A stretch of DNA of 32,304 bases from an uncultured Chitinophagales bacterium (GTDB lineage Bacteria > Bacteroidota > Ignavibacteria > UBA10030 > UBA6906), in NCBI GenBank assembly GCA_964550275.1, contig CAZJYO010000003.1, positions 1 through 32,304 on the forward strand, given 5' to 3'. The notes under the pieces were generated by a model. That model was not told the DNA's origin and did not search any database. It was given only the letters and a program-made list of their open reading frames with translations. Shown piece by piece: positions 9,480 through 18,955 of the stretch. The translations under genes were made by a program, and so were the position numbers. Position 1 is the first letter of the stretch; each line of letters opens with the position of its first letter.

Positions 9480-9923
9480 ATGTCTTCGTTCAAGGGATCA
9501 TACGAGTACTCCGTTGACAGTAAGGGCCGAATCAACATTCCGGCTCGTTTGCGGAAGTACATCTCGCCTGAAGCAAACGACACATTCATTGTAACGCGCG
9601 GTTTTGAGCAATGTCTTTTCGTGTATCCGCTGGATGAATGGAACACGTTGGAACAATCTGTGCGCGTCCTTTCATCATCCGACCCCAAACACCGTTTCTT
9701 TACGCGAACACTATTGCGGTGGGCAACCGAATCGCAGATTGATGCACAATCGCGCGTCACCATTCCGAAAGAGCTTCTCCAATTTGCCGGCATTGAAAAC
9801 GCGGTCTTGATTGTGGGTGTGCTGGAACGGATGGAAATATGGAATCCGAAAATCTACAGCAAGTACATGGAGTCTCAACCCGAAAGCTACGAAGATGTTG
9901 CCCAGCGTGTATTCAACAAGTAG
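9480..9923 (+). CDS. mraZ: Transcriptional regulator MraZ
   Basis: Begins MSSFKGSYEYSVDSKGRINIP, with the second half-domain motif IDAQSRVTIP (duplicated DxxxR MraZ/SpoVT-AbrB-like fold). The ORF-track ATG at 9444 lies inside the GTGGG repeats, so the ATG at 9480 gives the canonical N-terminus. Confidence 0.93.
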   Translation: MSSFKGSYEYSVDSKGRINIPARLRKYISPEANDTFIVTRGFEQCLFVYPLDEWNTLEQSVRVLSSSDPKHRFFTRTLLRWATESQIDAQSRVTIPKELLQFAGIENAVLIVGVLERMEIWNPKIYSKYMESQPESYEDVAQRVFNK

Positions 9924-9944
9924 CCCGATACAAAGGGCGGCTGG

Positions 9945-10874
9945 ATGTCAGAGCAATACCATGAACCCGTTCTCCTCCAGAAAACATTGGAAAACTTGTT
10001 CGCTCCGGGCGGGAGCATTTATGTTGACGCGACAGTGGGTGGAGGCGGCCATGCAACAGAGATTTGCAAGCGACTTCCCGCTCACGGACGTCTGATTTGT
10101 TTTGATGCGGACGATGATGCGCTGACATTTGCGAAGCGTCGTCTTGAACAGTTTGGCTCGCGGGTTACGTTTCTTCGATCAAACTTCAGCCAACTGAAGA
10201 AGTCACTGGAAACTCTCCATATCACCGCAGTAAGCGGTATTCTGCTTGATCTGGGAGTGTCGTCATTTCAGCTGGATGCGGGCAGCAGGGGGTTTTCTCA
10301 CAGAGCCAGCGCGCCCATTGATATGCGGATGGACCGGCGCTTGCCCCGTTCAGGGTGGAATGTCATAAATGAGTACGAGGAAACGCGCCTCGCCGAGGTT
10401 TTGAAACTCTACGGTGAGGAACCGAACAGTCGCCGGCTTGCACGGCGCATAGTTGGCGCAAGACCGGTTGAGAGCACGGATACACTGGCGGATATTGTTC
10501 GTAAGGGGACGCATCCACTGCAAGTTACAAGAACCCTGGCGCGGGTATTTCAGGCGGTACGCATCGAAGTGAATGAAGAACTAAAGAGTCTTGAGCGCGT
10601 TCTTCCCGATGCCGTGGAAATGCTGCACACCGGTGGTCGGCTTGTGGTGATTTCGTATCACTCGCTGGAAGATCGTCTTGTGAAGGATTTTTTTCGTTCG
10701 GCTTCGGCGACCCACTTGAAATCGCCCGTAAGACTGGCGCCGGATATTCCGCTGAAGCCGGATCTTCGTGTTATCACAAGGAAGCCGGTCGTTCCCGCGG
10801 AAGAAGAGATTGCGCGCAATCCGCGCGCGCGCAGCGCGAAGCTCAGAGCCGCCGAAAAAATTGTTGCCGTTTGA
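9945..10874 (+). CDS. rsmH: 16S rRNA (cytosine1402-N4)-methyltransferase RsmH (MraW)
   Basis: HEPVLL, DATVGGGGHA, GILLDLGVSSFQLD, ISYHSLEDRLVK and NPRARSAKLRAAEK are all classic RsmH blocks. Confidence 0.95.
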   Translation: MSEQYHEPVLLQKTLENLFAPGGSIYVDATVGGGGHATEICKRLPAHGRLICFDADDDALTFAKRRLEQFGSRVTFLRSNFSQLKKSLETLHITAVSGILLDLGVSSFQLDAGSRGFSHRASAPIDMRMDRRLPRSGWNVINEYEETRLAEVLKLYGEEPNSRRLARRIVGARPVESTDTLADIVRKGTHPLQVTRTLARVFQAVRIEVNEELKSLERVLPDAVEMLHTGGRLVVISYHSLEDRLVKDFFRSASATHLKSPVRLAPDIPLKPDLRVITRKPVVPAEEEIARNPRARSAKLRAAEKIVAV

Positions 10875-10886
10875 TTGCAGAGCGTT

Positions 10887-11354
10887 ATGCCCGATTCCGA
10901 CATGAAGGTTTATTTGGATCGTCCGCGCACGGCGCCGACATTTGTACGCGTGCCGGAGAAAACGAACGCGCACAGCGACCCGCAATCGAGAATTCCCGGT
11001 TATGCGCCGCGGCCCAATCGCAAAGCAATCAAGAGGAAGCGCTCAACGTTTCAAATTGTGCTTGTGCTGTTTGGCTGCGGACTCGGCATCGTGTTGTATA
11101 TCGGCAACATTCTCCAGGTGAACCAAACGGCGCTGGAGGTTGGCCGGCTCCAAACCGAGTACGCAAGACTCCAGAATGCAAACGCACTCCTCAAGGCGGA
11201 AATTGACCGGAAGTCCGGTTGGGAGCGAATCAACAAGATTGCCAACGAGCGCCTCGGTCTTCGATACCCCACACGCCAGCCCGTGTGGATTGAGGTTGAC
11301 GAGGAACGGCTGGAGAGTATTGTCGCCACTCCCCTGAAGAAGGAGCGGCAATAG
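10887..11354 (+). CDS. ftsL: Cell division protein FtsL-like (bitopic, coiled coil)
   Basis: Basic N-terminal tail, a single TM helix (FQIVLVLFGCGLGIVLYIG), a coiled-coil segment (LEVGRLQTEYARLQNANALLKAEIDR) and an ERINKIANERLGL block typical of FtsL-family proteins. Canonical position between rsmH and ftsI. A TTG at 10875 is an alternative start. Confidence 0.7.
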   Translation: MPDSDMKVYLDRPRTAPTFVRVPEKTNAHSDPQSRIPGYAPRPNRKAIKRKRSTFQIVLVLFGCGLGIVLYIGNILQVNQTALEVGRLQTEYARLQNANALLKAEIDRKSGWERINKIANERLGLRYPTRQPVWIEVDEERLESIVATPLKKERQ

Positions 11355-13535
11355 ATGCCGGAGAAATCGCGGTCCATCAATACCGGAAATTCGCCCGCTT
11401 CTCCCGATGCATTCCGCAAGGCATCCGTGGCCAGAATCCTGATCCTGAAGATTGGGCTGATAGGGTTCTTTGTTCTGGTGGCATCGCGCCTGATACAGAT
11501 TCAGGTGGTGGACGCCGGACGGTATCAGGAAATTGCGCGCAGACAACATGAAGCAGAGGTGGATTTGCCGGCGTCGCGCGGGAGTGTTTTGGACCGTAAC
11601 GGCAGAGTCCTTGTTTCCAACACCATGTTTGTTTCGTTTGGCGCCGACCCCAAACTTGTGAGCAACAAAAGCGGACAGGTTGCGGCCCGGTTTTCACAAG
11701 TCTTCGGCAAACCGCGTGAGATGTACCGGACGAAACTCGCGTCAACACAAAAGCGGTTTGTGTGGCTTGAGCGCCAGGTAAATCCGTCGTCATCGTCGCG
11801 TGTTCGGGCTTCGGAGTTCGAGGGCGTTATCCAAATGAACGAACCCAAGCGCATGTATCACTACGATTATGTGGCCGGCCAGGTTCTGGGGCTGACCGGC
11901 ATTGATAATAACGGCCTGAGCGGCATTGAACTTCAGTGCAACGAATTACTCAAGGGGACGAACGGCCACGTCGTCATGCAACGCGACGGATTGGGCCGAC
12001 ACCGCCCGTCGATGGATTATCCGCGTGTCGAGCCGGTCAACGGAAACACCGTCGTTCTCACGCTCGATCTTGAGTTGCAGGCGATCGCAGAGGAAGAACT
12101 TCGCAAGGGTGTTGAACGGAACAAATCAGATGCCGGGCTGGTGGTTATGATGGACCCGGCAAGCGGTGAATTGCTTGCTGTGGCAATGTATCCCAAGGTG
12201 AACCCGAACCGCTATTCTGCGGCGGATACCTTTGCGCTCAAGAACAGGGTTGTTGCCGACATGTATGAACCGGGATCCGTGTTCAAGCTTGTCGCGACGT
12301 CCATTGCAATGGAAGAGGATCTTGTAACCCCGGACGAAAAATTTTTTGCAGAGAACGGAACGTATGTTGTTCCGCTTCCCGGCGGCACAACGAGAAAGAT
12401 TACCGATACACATCCGGCGGGATGGCTGACGTTTCGTGAAGCGGTTGAGCAATCCAGTAATATTGTCTTTGCCAAAGTTTCAGACCGGATCGGTGCTGAA
12501 CGTTTGTTTGTGAAGGCGCGTGACTTCGGTTTCGGCACAGCAACCGGCATTGACCTGCCCGGCGAGGTCCGAGGCGATCTGAAGAAGCCGACCGAATGGT
12601 CCGGAACAACGTTGAACAGCATGGCATACGGATATGAAGTCGGCGTTACTCCGATTCAAATCGCTGCGGCGTACGGAGTCCTTGCCAACCACGGCGTTCT
12701 CATGAAGCCGTTCATTGTAAAAGAGATTCGGAATGAGCAGGGTGAAATCATCTCGGAGGCGCGTCCACAAATAATTCGCAGGGTCGTTTCGAGGGAAACA
12801 GCCAGTCGTGTTACGCGGTTGCTGGAGGGTGTTGTCGAGCGCGGCACGGGAGAAGGAGCGCGTATTGACGGAATGAAAATCGCGGGAAAGACGGGAACGT
12901 CGCGCAAGGTTATCAATGGAAAATACAATATCGGAAGCTATGTTGCATCGTTTGCCGGGTTTTTCCCCGCAGATGAGCCGCGCGTTGTCTGTGTCGTCAT
13001 GATGGACAACCCGCGCGAGGGAGGCTATACCGGCGGTTTGGCAAGCGCACCAATCTTCAGGGAAATCGCAGCAAAAGTGACCGCCACGTCGGGAAGATTC
13101 AGCAAATCTTCGGATCCGGTGTATGTTGGCAAGCAATCAACGGTCGTTCCCGATGTTGCCAACCTGAATATCGTGGTGGCGAGGGATATTCTGGAGGGGC
13201 GCGGATTCACGGTTGAAACATCGGGGAAAGGCAACACCGTGTTCACGCAGTCCCCGGCCGCGGGTGAAAAAGTCCTCACGGATGGGGTGATTCGTCTGGC
13301 CACTGACGAGGCAAGCGCGAAAATTCCCGCCGGGTTCACAAAAGTGCCGTATTTGGGCGGACTCTCAATGCGGCGGGCGCTGAACCGGCTTACCATACAA
13401 CGCCTCGAGGCGGAAGTCAGCGGATCCGGTGTTGTTGATCAGCAATATCCCGTTGCTGGAACGGTTGTGAAAGCCGGAACGAGTGTGCGCATCCGTTGTA
13501 CGCCGGCGGGTTCAAAGCTGATGAGCGCGCGTTAG
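11355..13535 (+). CDS. ftsI: Class B penicillin-binding protein / peptidoglycan D,D-transpeptidase FtsI with two C-terminal PASTA domains
   Basis: N-terminal TM helix. Transpeptidase motifs SxxK (GSVFK), SxN (QSSNI) and KTG (GKTGTS). The C-terminal ~125 aa form two PASTA-like repeats (VVPDVANL...FTQSPAAGEKVLTDGVIRL and KVPYLGGL...VDQQYPVAGTVVKAGTSVRIRC). The ATG directly abuts the ftsL TAG. Confidence 0.92.
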   Translation: MPEKSRSINTGNSPASPDAFRKASVARILILKIGLIGFFVLVASRLIQIQVVDAGRYQEIARRQHEAEVDLPASRGSVLDRNGRVLVSNTMFVSFGADPKLVSNKSGQVAARFSQVFGKPREMYRTKLASTQKRFVWLERQVNPSSSSRVRASEFEGVIQMNEPKRMYHYDYVAGQVLGLTGIDNNGLSGIELQCNELLKGTNGHVVMQRDGLGRHRPSMDYPRVEPVNGNTVVLTLDLELQAIAEEELRKGVERNKSDAGLVVMMDPASGELLAVAMYPKVNPNRYSAADTFALKNRVVADMYEPGSVFKLVATSIAMEEDLVTPDEKFFAENGTYVVPLPGGTTRKITDTHPAGWLTFREAVEQSSNIVFAKVSDRIGAERLFVKARDFGFGTATGIDLPGEVRGDLKKPTEWSGTTLNSMAYGYEVGVTPIQIAAAYGVLANHGVLMKPFIVKEIRNEQGEIISEARPQIIRRVVSRETASRVTRLLEGVVERGTGEGARIDGMKIAGKTGTSRKVINGKYNIGSYVASFAGFFPADEPRVVCVVMMDNPREGGYTGGLASAPIFREIAAKVTATSGRFSKSSDPVYVGKQSTVVPDVANLNIVVARDILEGRGFTVETSGKGNTVFTQSPAAGEKVLTDGVIRLATDEASAKIPAGFTKVPYLGGLSMRRALNRLTIQRLEAEVSGSGVVDQQYPVAGTVVKAGTSVRIRCTPAGSKLMSAR

Positions 13536-13538
13536 TGT

Positions 13539-15041
13539 ATGACGTTGACAAAACTGCTCGAAGGGATTATCGTGGTCAAGTTGTACCACGCATTGTATGG
13601 AAAGATGGCGGTAACGCAGGATCTTCATATCGCAGGGATACAGTATGATTCGAGGAAGATTCAGCAGGGCGAGATGTTTGTTGCAATGCGCGGCCAACAT
13701 GTTGACGGCCATAACTTTATTTCCCAGGCCATAGCGCGCGGGGCCCGCGTTGTTGTTGTGGAGAACGACAATGCCGCGCCGGATTCATTCTTCCTCCACG
13801 CCGGCGTGGCAAAACTAGTCGTGCCGGATTCACGCAAGGCCCTCGCGTTGTTGAGCGGAAACTTTTATGATCATCCATCGAAGCGCTTGCGGCTTGTGGG
13901 GATCACCGGCACAAACGGCAAAACGACAACGACGCACCTCATTCATTCTGTTCTTCAACAGAACGGGGAAAAAGCAGGATTGATCGGAACAATCGAATAC
14001 AAGACCGGAAATGAAGCGATTCCCGCAACGCACACAACGCCCGAATCGCTCGACCTGAACCGGCTGCTGGATACCATGGTACGCAACGGTTGTTCTTCCG
14101 CCGTCATGGAGGTATCGTCGCATGCATTGGTTCTTGACAGGGTGTACGGAGTGGATTTCGCGGTTGCAGGGTTCACCAATCTTACGCAGGATCATCTGGA
14201 TTTTCATGGAACAATGAATTCCTATTTTGAGGCAAAAAGGATTCTCTTTGATGGTTTGTCGTCTTCGTCGTGGGCCGTCACCAACGCGGACGATCCGCAC
14301 GGGCACGTGATTGTTGATCGCTCACGGGCGTCTGTATTGAAATTCGGCTTTGGTCCCGGCGCCGATGTACAGGCGACGAAAACATCCTTCGGGATTGACG
14401 GCACACAGATCACCATTACATATAAAGATGATGAAGCAGTGCTGAAGTCGCCGCTGATGGGACGGTTTAACACAGAGAATATTCTGGCGGCATTCTCTAC
14501 GGGCATCGCGCTCGGTCTTCCCGCGCATCAGATTATCCGCGGCATAGAGAATGTAAAAGCTGTGCGCGGTCGATTTGAACAGGTGCATTCCTTGCGGGGC
14601 TGGACAGCCGTGATTGATTATGCACATACACCGGATGCCCTTGAGAATTGTTTGAAAACAATCAGGGCAATCCTTCCGCAGGGCGCGAGGATTATCACGG
14701 TGTTTGGGTGCGGTGGAGACCGCGACAGGGGAAAGCGTCCGCTCATGGGAAAAATTGTCTCGGCGTTGAGTGATGCCGGCATTATTACGTCGGACAATCC
14801 GCGCACCGAGGACCCGGCGTCAATCATCGATGAAATCCGGAAAGGAATGTCCGGAACAGCTGCGGTGTCTATCGAACCGGATCGAAGAAAAGCAATCCGT
14901 CTCGGTCTGACGCGCGCGTCGGCGGGTGATGTTGTGCTTATCGCAGGGAAGGGACACGAAGATTATCAAATTGTCGGCGCGACGAAAACAGCGTTTGATG
15001 ATCGGGCCGAAGTTGAGCAGTTCATTCGGGAGACGGCATGA
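13539..15041 (+). CDS. murE: UDP-N-acetylmuramoyl-L-alanyl-D-glutamate--2,6-diaminopimelate ligase MurE
   Basis: Mur ligase P-loop GITGTNGKTTTT. GCGGDRDRGKRP. A DNPR motif (SDNPRTEDP), which in MurE enzymes correlates with meso-DAP specificity. Confidence 0.95.
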   Translation: MTLTKLLEGIIVVKLYHALYGKMAVTQDLHIAGIQYDSRKIQQGEMFVAMRGQHVDGHNFISQAIARGARVVVVENDNAAPDSFFLHAGVAKLVVPDSRKALALLSGNFYDHPSKRLRLVGITGTNGKTTTTHLIHSVLQQNGEKAGLIGTIEYKTGNEAIPATHTTPESLDLNRLLDTMVRNGCSSAVMEVSSHALVLDRVYGVDFAVAGFTNLTQDHLDFHGTMNSYFEAKRILFDGLSSSSWAVTNADDPHGHVIVDRSRASVLKFGFGPGADVQATKTSFGIDGTQITITYKDDEAVLKSPLMGRFNTENILAAFSTGIALGLPAHQIIRGIENVKAVRGRFEQVHSLRGWTAVIDYAHTPDALENCLKTIRAILPQGARIITVFGCGGDRDRGKRPLMGKIVSALSDAGIITSDNPRTEDPASIIDEIRKGMSGTAAVSIEPDRRKAIRLGLTRASAGDVVLIAGKGHEDYQIVGATKTAFDDRAEVEQFIRETA

Positions 15042-16444
15042 GACTCTCTTCCCGCGAGTTGCTCTCGATCGGGCATACGGAAGTGCGGAAGAAGCATTTG
15101 TTGAAGGGGAAGAAAATAACCGGCGTCTCAACGGATTCACGCTCCACGGCCAGGGGTGACGTGTTTGTTGCTTTACGCGGCGAACATTTTGACGGGCACA
15201 AATTCCTCAAGGATGTGGCCGCGAAAGGCGCTGTCGTTGTGGTGGTGGAGAACTCCGGCGATCTGCCGGAGATGGATCTTCCGATGATTGTGGTGGAGAA
15301 TACGACACACGCCCTTGGCGAACTTGCTGCCGTGTATCGTTCGCGCTTCAAGATTCCCGTCCTTGCAATTGGCGGAAGCAACGGGAAAACAACAACAAAG
15401 GAAATGGTTGCGGCTGTTCTTGATATGGAGTACAACGTTCTGAAAACGGAAAGCAATTTTAACAACCACATCGGTGTTCCACACACGCTGTTCCGGCTCC
15501 AAAAAAGGCACGACGTTGCCGTGGTGGAAATCGGGACAAACCACCCCGGGGAAATTGCGTATCTCTGTTCTGTTGCGCAACCAACGTGCGGGCTCGTGAC
15601 AAATGTCGGACGCGAGCATTTGGAATTCTTTACAAATCTGGATGGAGTTGCCGAGGAGGAAACCACGGTCTACAGGTTCCTTGCGGAACGCAAGAAAAGC
15701 CGCGTCTTTGTCAACGCGGACGATTCCGCGCTTGTCGTGCGCTCGAAGAAACTCAAGCGCGCCATGAGATATGGGTTTACCACCCGTTCAGCAGACGTTC
15801 GGGGAACGCTCCACGGAACAGATGAATCCGGACGGGCATCATTTTCGTTTCGCTTTGGGAAACAGAAAAAACAAACAACGGTTCAGCTCGGCATTCCGGG
15901 CGAACACCACGCGCTCAACGCGCTTGCGGCGGCAACGGTGGGACACGCATTCAAGGTTTCTCCGAAAAAAATCAGGAAGGCGCTTGAGTCATTCAGGCCG
16001 GCGGGCAAAAGAATGGAATTGCTGAACCTCGGCGGCGTCCTCATTTATAACGATGCGTACAACGCAAATCCTGATTCCATGATTGCGGCGCTGAAGACGC
16101 TTTCTGCCTCGCGTGTGCCGGGAAAGCGCATTGCCGTACTCGGTGATATGCGCGAGCTCGGCGCATGTTCAGCGGAAGAACACAAACGCGTCGGCGCTGC
16201 GATGCGCGGTTTGCGTATCGATTACCTGCTTACGCTCGGAGCCGACACCAAACACATGCACGGCGAGGCCGGGATTCAGATTTCGGTGCACTACGATCAG
16301 AAGAATATCCTCGCGGAGTATCTAGCGGAACTCATCGCGCCGGGTGACGCTGTGCTCATCAAGGGTTCGCGCGGAATGAAAATGGAAGACGTCGTTACGT
16401 TTCTCGAAGAACGGTTACGCTCGGCAGTTGTGCCTTTTGGATGA
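15038..16444 (+). CDS. murF: UDP-N-acetylmuramoyl-tripeptide--D-alanyl-D-alanine ligase MurF
   Basis: GGSNGKTTTKEM P-loop, NDAYNANPDSM, GDMRELG. The start overlaps the murE stop as ATGA. Confidence 0.93.
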   Translation: MRLSSRELLSIGHTEVRKKHLLKGKKITGVSTDSRSTARGDVFVALRGEHFDGHKFLKDVAAKGAVVVVVENSGDLPEMDLPMIVVENTTHALGELAAVYRSRFKIPVLAIGGSNGKTTTKEMVAAVLDMEYNVLKTESNFNNHIGVPHTLFRLQKRHDVAVVEIGTNHPGEIAYLCSVAQPTCGLVTNVGREHLEFFTNLDGVAEEETTVYRFLAERKKSRVFVNADDSALVVRSKKLKRAMRYGFTTRSADVRGTLHGTDESGRASFSFRFGKQKKQTTVQLGIPGEHHALNALAAATVGHAFKVSPKKIRKALESFRPAGKRMELLNLGGVLIYNDAYNANPDSMIAALKTLSASRVPGKRIAVLGDMRELGACSAEEHKRVGAAMRGLRIDYLLTLGADTKHMHGEAGIQISVHYDQKNILAEYLAELIAPGDAVLIKGSRGMKMEDVVTFLEERLRSAVVPFG

Positions 16445-16458
16445 AATGATTTTCTCCG

Positions 16459-17583
16459 ATGCTGTATTATTTTCTTGATCTCATTGACAAAGCGTATCAT
16501 CCACCCGGGTTCGGCCTGATCCGCTTTATTACGTTCCGGGCGGCGGCGGCGGCGGTAACGGCTCTTGTGATCGCGTTCTGGCTCGGTCCGAAAATCATCA
16601 GGAAGCTGAAAGAGAAACAGATCGGAGAAGCGGCGAAGGTTGAAGCGCCGAAATCGCACCTAACGAAAGCCGGCACGCCAACCATGGGCGGACTTATTGT
16701 TCTTGCGTCCGTTCTGGTGCCCACGATCCTGTGGGGCAACATCGGCAATGTCTATGTCGCGCTTATTGTTTTTGTCACCGCCGCGCTCGGAGCGGTAGGT
16801 TTTCTCGATGATTATCTCAAGGTGATCAAGAAAAAACCCAAGGGCCTGATCGGACGCTATAAAATTGTCGGACAAGTGTTTGTCGGGCTCGTTGTCGGCG
16901 GGGTCATTTACTTCTTCCCGCACTGGATCGATGCGGATTTGTGGAAGTTCAACTCATCGACAACGGTTCCGTTTTTCAAGCACAAAGAGTTTGACTTCAG
17001 CTACCTCTATGTGCCGATGGTGGTGTTTGTTATTACGGCAACATCCAACGCTGTGAATCTCACGGATGGACTGGACGGTTTGGCGATTGGCGTGGTAGGC
17101 ATTGTTGCGTTGACGCTTGGTATTATGAGTTACATTTCCGGCAACGCGGTCTTGAGCGATTATCTCACGATCCCGTTCTTGCGCGGGAACGGCGAACTCG
17201 CCGTATATTGCGCGGCTCTTGTCGGCGCTGCGCTGGGATTTCTCTGGTTCAATTCCTATCCGGCGCAGGTGTTCATGGGAGACACAGGATCGCTTGCGTT
17301 GGGCGGCGCTATTGGCGCGCTGTGTGTTCTCATCAAGAAAGAACTCTTGTTGCCGACACTCGGCGGAGTCTTCCTCGCGGAGACGCTTTCCGTGATTATC
17401 CAGCGCGGTTATTTTAAGTACACGAAAAAAAAATACGGTGAAGGCCGGCGTATTTTCAGAATGGCCCCGCTCCATCATCATTTTGAATTATTGGGATGGC
17501 CCGAGCCGAAAATCGTCGCACGGTTTTACATCATCTCGGTTCTGCTGATGATTGTCAGTCTGGCGACATTCAAGGTACGGTAG
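16459..17583 (+). CDS. mraY: Phospho-N-acetylmuramoyl-pentapeptide transferase MraY
   Basis: Polytopic membrane protein with KAGTPTMGG, NAVNLTDGLDGLA, FMGDTGSLALGG and RMAPLHHHFE. Confidence 0.96.
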   Translation: MLYYFLDLIDKAYHPPGFGLIRFITFRAAAAAVTALVIAFWLGPKIIRKLKEKQIGEAAKVEAPKSHLTKAGTPTMGGLIVLASVLVPTILWGNIGNVYVALIVFVTAALGAVGFLDDYLKVIKKKPKGLIGRYKIVGQVFVGLVVGGVIYFFPHWIDADLWKFNSSTTVPFFKHKEFDFSYLYVPMVVFVITATSNAVNLTDGLDGLAIGVVGIVALTLGIMSYISGNAVLSDYLTIPFLRGNGELAVYCAALVGAALGFLWFNSYPAQVFMGDTGSLALGGAIGALCVLIKKELLLPTLGGVFLAETLSVIIQRGYFKYTKKKYGEGRRIFRMAPLHHHFELLGWPEPKIVARFYIISVLLMIVSLATFKVR

Positions 17584-17584
17584 T

Positions 17585-18955
17585 GTGGATCCGTCGAACA
17601 TCCGGGGCAAACGGTTCAGCGTTATCGGGGGTGCAAGAAGCGGCGTTGCGGTTGCGCGCCTGCTGAAGGCACACGGCGCGAGCGTGTTCGTCAGCGACAC
17701 ATCAGCCGCGTCCGCGATGGCAATATTTGCCGCGGAGCTGGAAGCGTCGGGTGTGGAAAGCGAGTTTGGCGGCAATACCGATCGCGCACTCGAAGCAGAA
17801 ATGATCGTCGTGAGCCCGGGCGTTCCTGTGAACGCCCCGGTGATCAGGCGCGCAGTTGAAAAGAAAATTCCCGTGGTCAGCGAGGTGGAAGTTGCAAGCT
17901 GGTTTACACAAGCGGACATCATTGCGGTGACAGGCACAAACGGAAAAACAACCACGACGACGTTGATCGGGCGAATGCTCGGCGACGCCCGCATTCCTTC
18001 GGCAACGGGAGGAAACATCGGCGTCGCGTTTTCGGAAATCGTGGGTGACCTGACCCCGAACAGCAAGGCGGTTCTTGAGATCAGCAGTTTTCAATTGGAT
18101 ACCTCGGTGTCGTTCCGGCCGAAGGTCTCCGTGCTTCTCAATATTACGCCGGACCATCTGGACCGGTACGAGCATCAGTTCGAAAAGTATGTCGCATCAA
18201 AATGCAAAATCTTCCAGCACCAGTCTTCAGGCGACACACTTGTGTACAACCGGGATGACGAGGTGGTGAGGCGTGAGGTTGCAAAGAGGGTTCCCGGGGG
18301 AGTTCGATTGCTTCCGTTTAGCGCGTCAACGGTTGTTGCAAGCGGTGCATTCGTCGAGCAGGGGCTGATGAAAATTCGCCTTAGAGATGAGACCGTTGAT
18401 GTTGTTGCTGCGAATGAGATCAGCATCAAGGGGCGTCACAACCTGTACAATGCCATGGCGGCCACGCTCGCAGCGCACACGGCTGGTGCCTCGATGGCTT
18501 CACTACGCGCGACGTTGAAGAACTTCAAGGGCGTCGAACACCGGCTGGAATTTGTCCGCGAGTATGAAGGCGTTGCCTATGTCAACGACTCCAAGGCAAC
18601 CAATGTGGATTCCGTGTGGTATGCGCTGCAGAGTTTTGAAAAGCCGCTCATCGTTGTAATGGGAGGAAGAGACAAGGGAAACGACTACAAACCCCTTGTT
18701 CCCCTTGTTCAAAAAAATGCCAGAGGGATTGTTGCCATCGGCGAATCAGCAGAAAAGGTGATCGAGGCATTTCGGGGTGTAGTGACGGTGAAAGAAGCCG
18801 GTTCCATGCGTGAGGCCGTCGCAGCGGCGTCGGCCATGGCGTCCCGCGGCGATGTTGTGCTTCTTTCTCCGGCGTGTGCGTCGTTCGACTGGTTTGAAAA
18901 CTACGAACATCGCGGAAGAGTGTTCAAGGAAGAAGTGGGGAAGCTCGGTCAGTGA
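17585..18955 (+). CDS. murD: UDP-N-acetylmuramoylalanine--D-glutamate ligase MurD
   Basis: N-terminal Rossmann VIGGARSGVAVARLL. P-loop VTGTNGKTTTTTLI. NDSKATN. I take the GTG at 17585, 1 nt after the mraY TAG. The ORF-track ATG at 17552 (32-nt overlap with mraY) is an alternative. Confidence 0.92.
   Translation: MDPSNIRGKRFSVIGGARSGVAVARLLKAHGASVFVSDTSAASAMAIFAAELEASGVESEFGGNTDRALEAEMIVVSPGVPVNAPVIRRAVEKKIPVVSEVEVASWFTQADIIAVTGTNGKTTTTTLIGRMLGDARIPSATGGNIGVAFSEIVGDLTPNSKAVLEISSFQLDTSVSFRPKVSVLLNITPDHLDRYEHQFEKYVASKCKIFQHQSSGDTLVYNRDDEVVRREVAKRVPGGVRLLPFSASTVVASGAFVEQGLMKIRLRDETVDVVAANEISIKGRHNLYNAMAATLAAHTAGASMASLRATLKNFKGVEHRLEFVREYEGVAYVNDSKATNVDSVWYALQSFEKPLIVVMGGRDKGNDYKPLVPLVQKNARGIVAIGESAEKVIEAFRGVVTVKEAGSMREAVAAASAMASRGDVVLLSPACASFDWFENYEHRGRVFKEEVGKLGQ

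Noticed and set aside
17584-17592. TGTGGATCC, resembling a DnaA box (TGTGGATAA), at the mraY/murD junction.
   Set aside because: It is a 7/9 match at a single site inside coding sequence, with no cluster and no AT-rich unwinding region.
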